Shown: positions 38,901-51,906 of the stretch, in pieces
How positions within the stretch are numbered: the stretch's first letter is position 1
Layout of the letters: every line of letters begins with the position of its first letter
Origin: Lama guanicoe
Taxonomy: Eukaryota
DNA length: 64,000 nt
Direction of reading: 5' to 3'
NCBI GenBank assembly: GCA_013239625.1
Contig: MU053652.1
Location: forward strand, 1,986,001 to 2,050,000
Notes under the pieces: generated by a model
What the model saw: only the letters and a program-made list of their open reading frames with translations
Database searches by the model: none
Told to the model about the DNA's origin: nothing
Made by a program: the position numbers and the translations under genes

Positions 38901-39870
38901 CTGCTATTTTAATTGCGAAACGAACTAACTTCTAGCTCCCTTCAGTGTAGGGAATACTTGGGTAATTTTCCTTACGTGGATCTAGAAAAGGGATTTGCTC
39001 GAACATTCCTTATAAAGATCAGGGTTCTGTGGGTGACCAGTCCTCAAACTGGATGGTCACTGCATGTAGAACGAAGTGGTTTAATGGAACTGTTCCGAAC
39101 AGGAGAGGCCTCTGAAAACACAAGATCTCTTTAGGTTGAATGAGCCTCATGGATTCCTGGAAGTCTGTACGAATCTGTGGGAAACATTTCATGAGGCATG
39201 TTTAGCATCTGGATCTTCTGGAGCTTCGAGGGACTGTTTTGGCTGCTGTGGTGCCCGAGGTTGGGACTCAGGGGGTGGTACAATCCACTTGGCCCCTAAT
39301 AAGCCCAGCCTGGGTCTGATTTGCTTCATCTCTTTGACATGGGGATTGCAAGCATCCTATCTTGGCTTCTTGGTCCTGGAATCAGAGCTAAGCTGCGAGG
39401 GCTCTGCAGAATTTGTGAATTTGTATCTCGTTTTCCTTGTGCTCTCTATGGGAGGGAGCAGCCAAAGGGAAGAGCTGTCTGCATTGCCTGTGGTGTATGA
39501 CCACCCACCAGCATAAAATAGGAAGCGGAGGGAAGTAAACAGACCAAATTCTGAAATGTGCTCATCAGCGCAATCTGTCCTCTGAAACATTTCTGCAGCG
39601 AGAGAGCGTCAGATGCAACTGAGCGGAAGGAACTAATCAGCTAGCCTCGATGACAGCCTTAGAGAGAGGGGAAGAGGCATCCAGACGGTGGTGTCAAGCC
39701 CTCACAGGCATGTCAGGGCAGGATGCTCTGCCTCTGATGCAGAGAACATCAGCCTCAGTCACGTGACTTCCAGGCACATGGAGGTTTTCCATCAGTCACT
39801 CCTGCTTTGAGTGCCAGCACTATGCTGTTGTGTGTCCGGTGCTGAGGCGGGGTGGCACAGACGGGACACA

Positions 39871-39911
39871 GGATGATGATGACACTGATGGTGGTGATGA
39901 TGTTGATGATG
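39871..39911 (+). repeat. Degenerate (GAT/GGT)n trinucleotide repeat
   Basis: ggatgatgatgacactgatggtggtgatgatgttgatgatg. Confidence 0.7.
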
Positions 39912-40528
39912 TAAAATGAGGCTGCAAAGTGAGAATTCCTTTGAACCTCCTCTGCATGTATCTCAATGGTGGGTGAGACTGGATATTCACAGCAGAGTTC
40001 TGCAGAGCTCACTTAGAGAAGAGGAAATGTTAATCCAGATGGTCAACAGAGGAGGAGGAGGAGGAAGAGGAAGGATCTCCTCTCTCTCACACGGTTAATT
40101 GGAAATTGTGTAATGTTCGTAAATATTAAGACCCACATCCTGCCTCAAATAGGCTGCAGGTGCAGAGACGGCTAAAAGCAAGAGTCCATGGGTTCAGAGT
40201 TTCTGGTTTGGACCTAATAAGAATGCTAATGGAGGTAATTAGAGACCAATTGATTATCAAGGATGAACTGAGGAGTGTCATGGATTGGTATGCATTAAAG
40301 CTTAAGGACCGTGTGTCCTAGAAGCATGAACAAGACTGTGAAATCCCCAGCTTTTTAGGATGGTGTGGGGAGACTTGGAGCCAGGCGTACCCAGCAAGCA
40401 AGTGAAACAAATCCACAGCAGGTGGCAGCTGTGGATGTTCCAGCAACTTTACCCGGAGGAAAGGGTCGACGGGAAAGTAAGAAAGATATTTTTTTCTATG
40501 TCTTCCTGACTGTAAATCCCAATTTTGA

Positions 40529-41080
40529 TACAAACAGTCAAGACATGGAAGCAAACTAAATAAATGTCTATCGACAGATGACTGGATAAAGAAGTTGTGG
40601 TATATTTGTACAATGGAATACTACTCAACCATAAAAAGTAATAAAATAATGCCATTTGCAGCAACGTGGATGGATATGGAGATTATCATTCTAAGTGAAA
40701 TAAGCCAGAAAGAGAAATACCATATGATATCATTTATATGTGGAATCTAAAAAAAAAATAAGACAAATGAACTTATTTACAAAACAGAAACAGACTCACA
40801 GACATAGAAACCAAACTTCTAGTGGGGGAAGGAAGTGGAAAGGGATAAACTGGGAGTTTGAAATTTGCAGATACTAATATATAAAAAATAGATAAACAGC
40901 AAGTTTATACTGTATAGCACAAGGAACTATACTCAGTATCTTATAGTAACTTATGGTGAAAAAGAATATGAAAATAAATATATGTATGTTCATGTATGAC
41001 TGAAGCGTTATGCTGTACACCAGAAATTGACATGACATTGTAAACTGACTATACTTCAATAAAAGATACATACACACAAA
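40529..41080 (+). mobile_element. 5'-truncated L1, lineage-specific
   Basis: caagacatggaagcaaac...gatgactggataaagaag...ORF2 end and 3'UTR. TSD aaatcccaattttga (40514-40528) and aaatcccagttttga (41081-41095). Confidence 0.92.
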
Positions 41081-42491
41081 AAATCCCAGTTTTGAGCCAT
41101 GGTTCTCCTTAGAAGCTTCATTCAACACATATGCAGTGACCTGGTACCCCAGCCCTGAAAGGACTTTGTCACTGTTGCTCATGATCTAACACGTGGACAG
41201 CAGTTTACCTACCCCCTTTCTCCTTCCTCACCCACTTCATTCCCTTCTTCCCCCTTGACCCAAGAACAGGAAAGAGGAGGAACCTCAGTATTTTTAAAGT
41301 AAGGCAAAGGAAAGGGAGGGCAGAATGAGATTGCTCTGCCTCCTGTGCTCTGGACATATAATAAAACACACATGGCTACCATCCTCAAGGAACTTACTAC
41401 CAAGTGTCAAGCTAAGAAACAAACTGGATGAATCAAAAGTTTTTCAAACAGGGCATCTGAGTTGGGGATTAAGGGACTGCTCCAAGTTCCAACAACAAAT
41501 GCCAAAGCCAAGAACTGGTCCCAGCATTCCATGGCATATTTCAAAATACAGAACCCTCCAGGGAAAACTTTCTTGATAATTGACCCACCTTACCCCACCC
41601 ATCCGCCTTTCTTCACCCGAGTCCCAGTCTCCTGCTGCCTCTCTACTGGTTCCATCTGCCCCGATCACACTCTTTCCCTTCCTCAGGCTTGTCTAGAACT
41701 CTCCTTCCTCCTGGGCCACCTCTTCACCAAGCCCAGGGACAGGCTGGAGAAGTCCCCAGATTTGTGCCTATAGGCAGGGTTTTATTTTCATGTGGGGCAC
41801 CTCCTGACTTTCTGCTGTCCCAGCCCCAGGCCAGCTGTCCAGCTACCCAGGTGGTGTCCCATCCCAGCAAGAGCCTAGAGACATCAGTGCTGGGATCGCC
41901 AGGTGGCACGGCCACATGCCTCAAAGGGGCAGAGTCATGTGATCTGCTCCTCCGGTACCCACAGAAGTTCAGCTGCGTCAGCTCAGCGAGTGCTGGCCCC
42001 AGACGATGTGGACAAGCTTACCTTCCCGGGACCCTCATGGCCTGACTATCACATGGCCTGTTGAGCTCATGTTGGTCACTCTGCCCCATCTAACTGTTTG
42101 TCTCTCTGTCACTATTTCATGCTCCTTGAAGATTCATGGTGGCAGAGGTGACTCTGAGCGGGGTCCCCCTGCCCTCCCAGCAGCTGCAGTTCAAAGCACC
42201 TTGCCTTCCTTGACAATTTAAAGAGCAAGAACTGTCATTTCCCAGGTTTCTGTGCTCAGTGAAGCATTGCCAATTAAGTCTCCAGGGAGGCTGCATCTTC
42301 AGAGAGCCACTCACAGGAGGGCAGAGTCTCCAGGGAGGAAAACAAGGAGCCCCCATGTTGGGGGGCTGAGGGGCCAGCTCCAGAGCAGGGATGCTGGGAG
42401 GCTGAGGAGTTCTCTTGGGCGTTTCTAGAAGCCTGGACATTGATCCCTTCTTCTGGGCACTTGAACCCCTAACCAACCAGCTCCCTTCTAA

Positions 42492-42551
42492 CCACACACA
42501 CACATGCACACACGTGCATACTTATACATACACACACACGTATACACACAT
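42492..42551 (+). repeat. Imperfect (CA)n/(TACA)n repeat
   Basis: cacacacacatgcacacacgtgcatacttatacatacacacacacgtatacacaca. Confidence 0.8.
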
Positions 42552-45069
42552 AGTTTCTACTATCTTCCAGGTACCATTATCCCCAGTCATGCTTCACTAC
42601 CTGAGACAGTTCACAACAAGACAACTGCCCCATAAAAAGCTACAAAAGAACTTAAGTGCAATTTCTCAGTGTGCGACCACATCCTTGTCAACGTCCTCTG
42701 TCTATGGCGGGTGCTCTTAAAGCGTCCTGCCAGGGCTCTACACTGGGATCTTGGTGCCCGTGCAAGTCCACTCGCAGTGGTCCTGATGAAGCAAATGAGG
42801 ACAGAGCTAGTCCTAAAAAGAACGTCCCCCAAATCACGCCAATTGGATTTTAAAAGCTGGATGGGATTTGGTGGCAGATGCTTTACTTAATATGAAAATG
42901 GGTTTCAATTCCCACAGTGCACAGTGGCTCCTGGGATGTGGTTTAGGGGGAGGCAAGTGAGTGCACATGTGCACTGGGAGGAGGGAAGGAAGCTGCCCTG
43001 GGACCAGGAGAAGCCCCAGGTGAAGGATTTCCTAGGAGGTCGCTAAGGGCTTTCCCACTGCCTGTGAAGATGGGAGGTCCTGGCTGTGCAGTGTGGGGAA
43101 CCACAGCAGCAGACTGGGGGGACCTCTTCCAACCACTCCCCATAAAGACAAGGACCCCAAGCCAGAGGGGTTAGGACTTGACGAAGGCTGCGAGTCAGCT
43201 AATACAAGGCCGGACTGGGACTGGCCTCTGGACACCGCACTTGGTCCCGCTTCCCCCACAGCACACAGATATGTCACAGTGCACGGTTTTGCCCCAATAC
43301 AGTACTGTGGCAGAGCCTCCCTCAATGTGACAAGTGGAAAAGGCAGATGAGTCATGTCTCATCTCAACCCTAGGAGAGTGAATAAGCGTTTCCCTCTGGG
43401 CAGAGGGTCTTAGTCATCATATCTGCGCATCTCCTGCGTCCCAAGAAAATCCATCTGCCTCCAGATTCAGCATAGCCAGTGGGGGTGTGACTCCTGAGAA
43501 TGGTGGGGAAGAGAGTCCTGACTCCCTACAAGTAAAGTTAACTGCATTTGCCTCAATGCCACACACCGCCACTGCCACTATCCAGTCCCCACCAGACTGT
43601 CAGCTCCTCGAGGCGGGACCACGCACTCTCTGGTAACTCCAAGGCCCAACCCAGAGGATTCCACGTGCAGGTGCTTGACATATACGGAGTCAAGCTGGGC
43701 TGGATTAGCTGGTAAACAGCAGCTGGCTTTGCTGTGACTTGGATACATCAACAGTGGCAACAGTGCCTGGAGGCGGAGAGATAGCCCTTTGCCAGGCTCC
43801 AAGGACAGAGGAACAGATCGAAAGGTTGAATCAACAGTGAGAAGAGGGCCTCAATCGAGGAACCATGTCCATTCAAAGGAAATACAGTGTAAAGTGCTGG
43901 TGGGAACTCACACCTATTTGCCCATGTGTAGTTCAGAAGTGCAGTCAGTTGAATTCCCAAAATAAGAGTTGTGAGGTTTACGTCAAATAAATGCAAGGGC
44001 TATGATGTGGATCTTGAGGAAGTTCAAAATTCCAGACATACTGAGGATGGAGGAACCTCAGGAATCATCTCGTCAACCTCTGCCCCTTCAGAGGAAGGCA
44101 CTGTTGGCGGGAAAAGGGAAAGAGATGTTGGGTGAATAATGCTAGAGCCCTGGTCTCCTGCTACATCAGCAGCTCCTCCCCACTCCATCCTGCTGGGTAA
44201 GGTGAGGTCCCTGGGATAAGACACCCACGTGACGGCACTCTTAAGGTGACAGGGCTGATGGATGGAGTCCGTGGAGGTTTGGCTGGGTTAAAGTTAAGCG
44301 GCCCTATAACGACCCCACAGAACTTGGGTAAACAACAGAGTCCGAGCCAGACTTCAGAAGAAAACAAAGAGGGCTGGAAAGGCCCAGATCCTCTCTCCTC
44401 CCAAGTGCTGCCTCCTGGATGCCTTCAACTCGCTGCCACACTCTCCCCTCTTCCACGCAAGCGGGGAGGGAACAGAGATGAAAACATACGGGGCACAGGG
44501 GCAGACTAAGCAAGGAGGAAGGACAGGCTGAAGCGAGGTCCTTCAGAAAAGCCGAAGCTGCAAACACCATGCCCAGGACTGAGGGGAGAAGTGGGGAGCA
44601 CGAAGGAATCCTTGTGCTGGAGCCCTCACCGTCAGGGCCCTGCAGTCCCTCCTTCTGTCCCACCCTGAGACAGAGCCCCACATTCTTCCCCAGGACCCAG
44701 CCCACAGGGGCCAGGCGGGAAGCACGCAGCTGGGAGGAGGGGTCCTCGACAATGCCTTCCTCCAGGTGCAGCTCCTGACCTCCACCCCGGGCAGCACGGC
44801 TGCAGCCCCTCACGGCAGGTGAGACAAGCCCCGCCTTAGGCCCAGCGGGCACGACCAGCTGCGCATCTCCCCTGAGCTCTCCAGGCAAGGCAGCGGAGCC
44901 GGGGGGCAGAGGCCCCCAAGGGGCCCGTGAAGCATGAAAGAGATGAGCGGGGTCCAGCAGGCTGGTTATCAGCACGCCCCTCCCCTCTGTGATCTCAGGG
45001 TCCACGGGAGTGGGTGCAGCGGCTGCCTTTTCACCCTTCCATCCATGTCCCCTCCTGCTCTCAAGAGGA

Positions 45070-45290
45070 TGCAGTAAAATGTAGTAGAAAGAGCACCGGA
45101 CTTGAAATTGCGGACATGGGTTCTAATCCCAGCTCTACTCCCTACCAGCTGCTGTGACCTTGGGCAAGGACCCCAGACTCTTAAGCCTCATTATCTTCAT
45201 CTTTAAAAGGAAGATAATGCGTCCTCTCTCAGGTTCCTGGTAAGGATAAAGGGAAATACTGAAACAGATGTGCAGACGAGCCTTGGCTCA
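45070..45290 (+). mobile_element. MIR SINE, near full length
   Basis: gtagtagaaagagcaccggacttgaa...tgggttctaatcccagctctac...tgtgaccttgggcaagg...agcctcattatcttcatctttaaaaggaagataat. Confidence 0.85.
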
Positions 45291-46154
45291 TGAAAGATGC
45301 TTCATTTCCTTTCTTCTTCCTTTAATGGCCACTGGAAGCCTTGGCATTGCTCTCGAGAGCCCCCTTACCAACCTAAGACAGAATGAGAGAGGGAAGAGGG
45401 AGCAAATCGTAACATTTACAGAGAATTTACAGCAAGCTGGACACCATGCTCAGAGGTTCATAAGGATCTCCCATCACCCTCTGGACACAGCTTGTAAGCG
45501 GGGGAGCTAAGGTTCTGCTTTTTGACCATCAGTAAGAGGAGAAGGCAATGAAGAAATGGTACCCAAGGCGAGAGGTAAGTACTGCACTGGGGCTGCCTGG
45601 TGCCTGCAGCCTTGTGCCTGGACTCTGCATGTGAGCAGAAGGTGGGGGACAATGAGGATCACTCCGGTCACCTCTGTCCTCCAGGAGCTGGGCTGCAATT
45701 AAGCATGTTTGATGATGGATATTTGTTATGGAAATTACCTAATGAGCTACAAGATTGTTATCTAGCACCCAAACAGTATTATCATAAATATTACAAATTA
45801 AATTAGGCCCCCTTTGCTAAATTAAACAAATACTATGAGTAATTGAAATGATAATAAACCAAAGGATTCCAGCCCACTTGTTTCCTCAAGATGCTCTTGC
45901 TGATTTATGTATTCACTTTGGGCCATGTGGGCTGGAAACGATAACTGATCTGGTCATCTGTCAATCCTGTTGTTTTAATGAAATTCTCCCCGGGAACAAA
46001 GTGACGTATAATGCGCTGCACAGGCTTGTAAATGAGAGAAGTTACTCTCTGGTTCCACACTGCGAAGTGACATCCAAGGCCTTGGTCTTCGACAAACTTA
46101 CACCATTCTCTGCTTTTTACTTGCAGATGGAGATGTATTCCATTGTTGATATTT

Positions 46155-47079
46155 TTTTAACATTTTTTATTGAGTTATAGTCATTTTACAATGTTGTGCC
46201 AAATTCCAGTGTAGAGCACAATTTTTCAGTTATACGTGAACATATATATATATTCATTGTCACATTTTTTTCTCTGTGAGCTACCGTAAGATCTTGTATA
46301 TATTTCCCTGTGCTATACAGTATAATCTTGTTTATCTATTCTACATTTTGAAATCCCAGTCTGTCCCTTCCCACCCCCTGCCCCCTTGGCAACCACAAGT
46401 TTGTATTCTATGTCTATGAGTCTGTTTCTGTTTTGTATTTATGCTTTTTTTTTTTCAGATTCCACATATGAGCGAACTCATATGGTATTTTCCTTTCTCT
46501 TTCTGGCTTACTTCACTTAGAATGACATTCTCCAGGAACATCCATGTTGCTGCAAATGGCATTATGTTGTCGGTTTTTATGGCTGAATAGTATTCCATTG
46601 TATAAATATACCACATCTTCTTTATCCAGTCATCTGTCGATGGACATTTAGGCTGTTTCCATGTCTTGGCTATTGTAAAGAGTGCTGCTGTGAACATTGG
46701 GGTGCAGGTGTCATTCTGAAGTAGCGTTCCTTCTGGATATATGCCCAGGAGCGGGATTCCTGGGTCATACAGTAAGTCTATTCCTAGTCTTTAGAGGAAT
46801 CTCTATACTGTTTTCCACAGTGGCTGCACCAAACTGCATTCCCACCAGCAGTGTAGGAGGGTTCCCTTTTCTCCACAGCCTCTCCCGCATTTGTCATTTG
46901 TGGACTTTTGAATGATGGCCATTCTGAATGGTGTGAGGTGATACTTCCTCATAGTTTTGATTTGCATTTCTCTGATAATTAGTGATATTGAGCATTTTTT
47001 CATGTGCCTGTTAATCATTTGTATTTCCTCCTTGGAGAATTGCTTGTTTAGGTCTTCTACCCATTTTTGGATTGGGTCT
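46155..47079 (-). mobile_element. Young 5'-truncated L1
   Basis: ORFs 46803-47114 and 46455-46697 (-) give the L1 ORF2 C-terminus ([18 protein letters not shown]..., MFTAALFTIAKTWKQPKCPSTDDWIKKMWYIYTMEYYSAIK). Perfect 12-bp TSD ttgttgatattt at 46143-46154 and 47080-47091. Confidence 0.95.
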
Positions 47080-47429
47080 TTGTTGATATTTCTGTCCATA
47101 GTTTGAGACAACATTTTCTATGGGGATTGGCTGGGGTGACCAAGATGATTTTCTTTATCATCATTAAAATGTTGAAGCGCTAACTTCCAATAATTTATTG
47201 CAGGAGGAGCTGGTCTTCTCTTTCCATTACTGAGAGCTCCCTCCCTCTCTCCTTAGGCTTCCAACTCAACCACCATTTGAAATAATCAATATTTGATTTT
47301 CAAACAAAAGCACTTAGTTTCATTTTCACCAGCCCAGCATTGGATGGCACTGAAAAAGTTAGTCTTGAATCCACAAACTTCGGTGAAGATGGTTCTGCAG
47401 AGATTTTGCCCTGCATTCACTGCCGTTTC

Positions 47430-47610
47430 CTCTTTGTAAACACCAGGAAGGCCCTGTCTTCCAGGCTCCCTTGCTATTAGGCTGAGGCCACGTGAAGGAG
47501 CTCTGGCCAATGGGATGTGAGCAGAGGGGATGTAAGCTGCTTCCGGGCCTGATCTTCCACCACGGTGACCTCAGAGGTCATGTGCTCCAGGTGTTATATC
47601 TGCAAGGTGA
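47430..47610 (+). mobile_element. Old MLT1 LTR fragment
   Basis: ccaggctcccttgctattaggctgaggccacgtga...ctggccaatgggatgtgagcagagggg. Confidence 0.6.
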
Positions 47611-47949
47611 AGATCTTTGTGGCCTTAAATGCTAATTACTAACTAACGCAATCATGCTACAGCAGATCAGAGATCATATTTGGCTAATATTTGTAGACCT
47701 TCCTTCATGTTCTGGATAATAATGTATCTGAGGTTGAAAAGGTCTTTGTGTCTATCCTTATCACTAAATAATCTAATCTCTCCAATGCTGATCACACTTT
47801 TTTGGTCAAAAAAGCAATCACCTTTTGTTTGTCTTTATAAAACCTCATTGAGAACATGTCTCTCTGTCATTTCACTTGGCAATAAAGAAACAAAGTTTTC
47901 ACCCCCATGTAATAATGAGATGGCAGCTGCTGGTTTAGTACAGCTCACT

Positions 47950-48105
47950 GTAATCCTCACAGCAGACTCACAGATAAATATTATTATCCCCACTTTATAG
48001 AGGAGGATATGGAGGCTCAAAGAAGTTAAATAATTTGTCTGAGGTGACATAATTGGGTAGGAAGAGGAGCTGGGATGCAAACCCAGACCTTACTGATCTC
48101 ATGCT
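47950..48105 (-). mobile_element. MIR SINE
   Basis: attattatccccactttatagaggaggatatggaggctcaaagaagttaaataatttgtctgaggtgaca...gagctgggatgcaaacccag. Confidence 0.85.
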
Positions 48106-48280
48106 CATTTCCCTTCAGCTACATTGTCTCTTGACTTTAGAATATTAAAATAAGATAGAAGAATTCACAACAAGATGAAGGGTCTCCTTTGTCTCTTTAA
48201 ACTGAACTCTAGGCTGAATTTAAAGAAACGCACCTTGAGGAAGCTCACACACATGTAAGCAAGTCAGACTTGTTTTACTC

Positions 48281-49040
48281 TTTTTTTTTTTTTAAATTGA
48301 AGTATAGTCAGTTACAATGTGTCAATTTCTGGTATGCAGCATAATGTCCCAGTCATGCATATGTATACATGTATTTGTTTTCATATTCTTTTTCATTAAA
48401 GATTATTACAAGATACTAGATATAGATCCCTGTGCTATACAGAAGAAATTTGTTTTTTATCTATTTTTATCTACAGTGGTTAATATCTGCAAATCTCAAA
48501 CTTCCAAATTTATGTCTGTGAGTCTGTTTTGTACATGAGTTTATTAGCGTCCCCTTTTTTCTTTCTTTCTTTTTTTTTTTAGATTCTACATATGAGTGAT
48601 ATCATATGGTATTTTTCTTTCTCTTTCTGGCTTACTTCACCTAGAATGACAACTTGCAGGTTGCTGCAAATGGCATTATTTCATTATTTTTTATTGCTGA
48701 GTAGTATTCCATTGTATAAATATACCACAGCTTCTTAATCCAGTCATCTGTCGATGGACATTTAGGTTGCTTCGTATCTTGGCTATTGTAAGTAGTGCTG
48801 CTATGAACATTACGGTGCATGTTATCTTTTCAAATTAGAGTTCCCTCCAGATATATGCCCAGGAGTGGGATTGCTAAATCATAAGTTAAGTCTATTTTTA
48901 GTTTTTTGAGGAATCTCCATACTGTTTTTCATAGTGGCTGCACCAAACTGCATTCCCACCAGCAGTGCAGGAGGGTTTCCTTTTCTCCACACCCTCTCCA
49001 GCACTTAACTGTTTGTGGACTTTTTAATGATGGCCATTCT
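48281..49040 (-). mobile_element. 5'-truncated L1 (same 3'UTR type as 26777 and 40529)
   Basis: T13 tail at 48281-48293, then ttgaagtatagtcagttacaatgtgtcaatttctgg... ORF2-like translation ([25 protein letters not shown]). No clear TSD seen. Confidence 0.9.
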
Positions 49041-49044
49041 AAAG

Positions 49045-49320
49045 TATTAAACATTATTTTTAGATCATTTTTAGGATTACAGGAAGAGTGGAAAGTAATT
49101 GAGTTTCCATACCCCCTCTTGCCCACCTTATTATTAGCATCTTACATTTGTGTGGTGCATCAATTGCAAATAATGAGCTGACATTGATACATTATTATTA
49201 ACTAAAGTCAATAGTTTACATCTGGGTTCACTCTGAGTAGTACAGTTCTTTGGGCTTTGACAAAAGGGTAATGACATGTACCCACTGTGATAGAACGGTA
49301 CAGAATAGTTTCACTGGAGC
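49045..49320 (-). mobile_element. Older L1M 3' end fragment
   Basis: gacattgatacattattattaactaaagtcaatagtttacatctgggttcactctgagtagtacagttctttgggctttgacaaa. Confidence 0.7.
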
Positions 49321-49324
49321 GAGA

Positions 49325-50800
49325 ATCAGGCTTCACAGAAGAAGTAGAATGTTGAACTTTTAAAAATAGACGAGATTTCAGAAGGACCAAGAATCCTCAA
49401 CAAAGCCAAAGAGGAAGGAATGCACAAGGCATTATTCAAGAGGTAGTGGTTAGATCAGTTTGTCTTACGCTAAGGGGTCATATTTGGGGAAATAACAACA
49501 ACAAGAGTGAACATTTATTTGGCACCACTACATGTCAGGCAATCACTGAACATTTTACATCAACTAACTGATCCACAGAACAATTTATAATATAGGTGCA
49601 TAACTACCATTTTAAATAACAGATGTGCAAATTAAAGCTTGGAAGGGTTTTTAAAAACTTCTCCGAAGTGACATAATAGATATTTGGAGGATCTGGGATA
49701 CAAACTGGGTAGAATGAAGCCAGAATCCTTTGACTAAGCCACTACACTAGAATGAATGCCTCTAAAATGAAACCAGAAGAAGACAGCAGATAAATTAGAA
49801 AAGGTAATTTGGAGACCATTTGAGATTGACTTGGATGTCAGGTTAAAAAGTTGTTTTCTTTCAGAAACACTTTTCAAGATAAGTATATTCTAGTATTACT
49901 TTTGGTAGTTGAAACCAGTAAAAAGGACGGATATTGATCTGCAGAATTTTGTCTGCTTCATAACAGCTTATAAAAGCTAAAAAAACCAAACCCTGCTGTT
50001 GAGGAGAATGTTACGAAAAAGCTGTATTTGGCGAGAACATCATGAAGGTAATGTCATGTAGATTAGAGGGAAAGACAGAGACTTAAAGGAGAATCACTTA
50101 GAAGTTTACTGACGTCTTTCAGGTGCTGGTCCAGAAACGTTGGGACAAGAAATGGCAGCTGTATGAATTAAAATAAAAGGATGGTTATGGCAGGATATGT
50201 GGGGAGGAACTGACGAGTCTTGGGGATGAGGAAGATGTCTGGAAAAGATACGGGTGACGGGGAGAATGATGGAACTATTTTGAGAAATTCTAAAGGTTAA
50301 GGGAGGGGATAGTATTAAAGAACACGGAACTGTCTAGCAGAGGGTTGGAAATAACGTCTGAAGTTCAGCAAGAGGGTCAGGTCTAGTTATGGATTTGAGA
50401 ATCGCCTTCATAATAGAGATGAGAGTGAAGGAAAGAGAGAGGAAGGAAAGAAGAAATGATTCGGCCACGCATGGAAGAAGGAAGACATCTCTGCAGAGAC
50501 AGGAGAGGGACACTCAGCGGGGGCAGCAGAAGAATCAAATAGGACAGAGACGTTGGAGTCCAGGAGAAAGAGGGCTTCAGTAGGAAACAAACGGAGACAA
50601 AATTGCCAGATGTTACACTGAGATGAGAGGGGACAATGACCAGAACAGAGCCTTTGGGGTCCTTTAACACGAACTGGAAAACATAGAGGAGCGAAAGAAT
50701 GGAGAAGTGGATGGTTGGAGAGTAGGGAGCAGTGCCCAGGGATGCTCAAAGCACAGGAAGAGCGTGACTTTTCTCAGGCATTGAAGACCCAAGAGGGTAG
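49325..50800 (-). mobile_element. Highly degraded L2 body with a nested MIR (~49500-49750)
   Basis: Purine-rich L2-like segments (ggcttcacagaagaagtag..., gatttgagaatcgccttcataatagagatg..., gaacagagcctttgggg) and a MIR-like piece, ccattttaaataacagatgtgcaaattaaagcttgg. Confidence 0.5.
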
Positions 50801-51864
50801 ATTTGCTTAAAGCTGTTGTTCAGACGCCAGGGGAACGAGCTCAAGTGACTGGGAAGAGAGCTGCTTGAAACCAAAACTGAGCAGCTGACTTAAGGAGCAG
50901 CAAGAAGAGACTGTCTTCCAAACAGTCTGCAGAAAGCACTGCAGGGGTGACTCTGGAGGGAAGGGGGCGGTGTGGTAGGAAGGAGAATGAATTATCACTG
51001 TATTTTGAGTTCCATACCACTAACGATTATTACCCATTTAAACAAATTAAGTGTTAAAATAATAAAAGATGGCAAGAAATATGGAGTAGGATTAAGAACC
51101 TGGACTGAAAGAGTCCATAGGCTGCAGGGCAAACAGGTGAGAGCCACCAGCATCCCCTCATCCTCACAAACTAAGCGGCATCGAGATGAAATCAGAGACT
51201 CTAAGGTCGTATGTGGAAAAGGAGTTTTCTCCTCGGAGCAGAATATGTGCAGTAGGCTTAGGTCCTGAGGTCTGATTCTGCTTTTCATTCCTTCACTAGC
51301 TGTGGCAAGAAAAATCCATTGGAAGCAAAGGTGCGGCTCTTCCTCTATCACCTTCTTTGTCTTTTAGTCTTTTTTCCCCTCCCATTTTTGTTTTTGTTTC
51401 TGTTTTTTGTTTTGTTTTGTTTTGTAAGGTCTTTGCATCATACGCCGTGGATTCAACGATGTATTCATAGCTGATTTTTTCATTGGAAAGAAATGTTAGT
51501 TTTAACATTAGTCCAAGGAGAGAGCCTGATTAGGAAGGCAAATCAGCTCCCGAGAATGATCAAATGGTACATTTCAAAAACAGATGGTAATGATTTAGGG
51601 ATTATCCATTGGCTTCCCATGCTTTTGCTCACCTCCAACAGCACCGCTAACCACGAGGTGACGTGGAATCCATAAAATCCTTTAAAGTAAATGCAAAAGT
51701 CCCAGCCATCACCTAAAGTCTAGCTCTCCCCCCATGGGACTGATTTAGACTGCAATCAATTGTGTGTGTGCTCAGAGGGGGAGAATGTTAGAGTTAGCAC
51801 TTGCCAATAGCTAATCAGAGTCCAGGGTTATTCTGTTTTTAAACTAATTTTGTTCTCTCTCTCT

Positions 51865-51866
<2 letters not shown>

Positions 51867-51904
<38 letters not shown>
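51867..51904 (+). repeat. (AC)19 microsatellite preceded by (CT)n
   Basis: Directly visible. Confidence 0.95.

Positions 51905-51906
<2 letters not shown>

Noticed and set aside
44304..45005. 233-aa minus-strand ORF
   Set aside because: GC-rich, low-information translation with no domain, splice or homology evidence.
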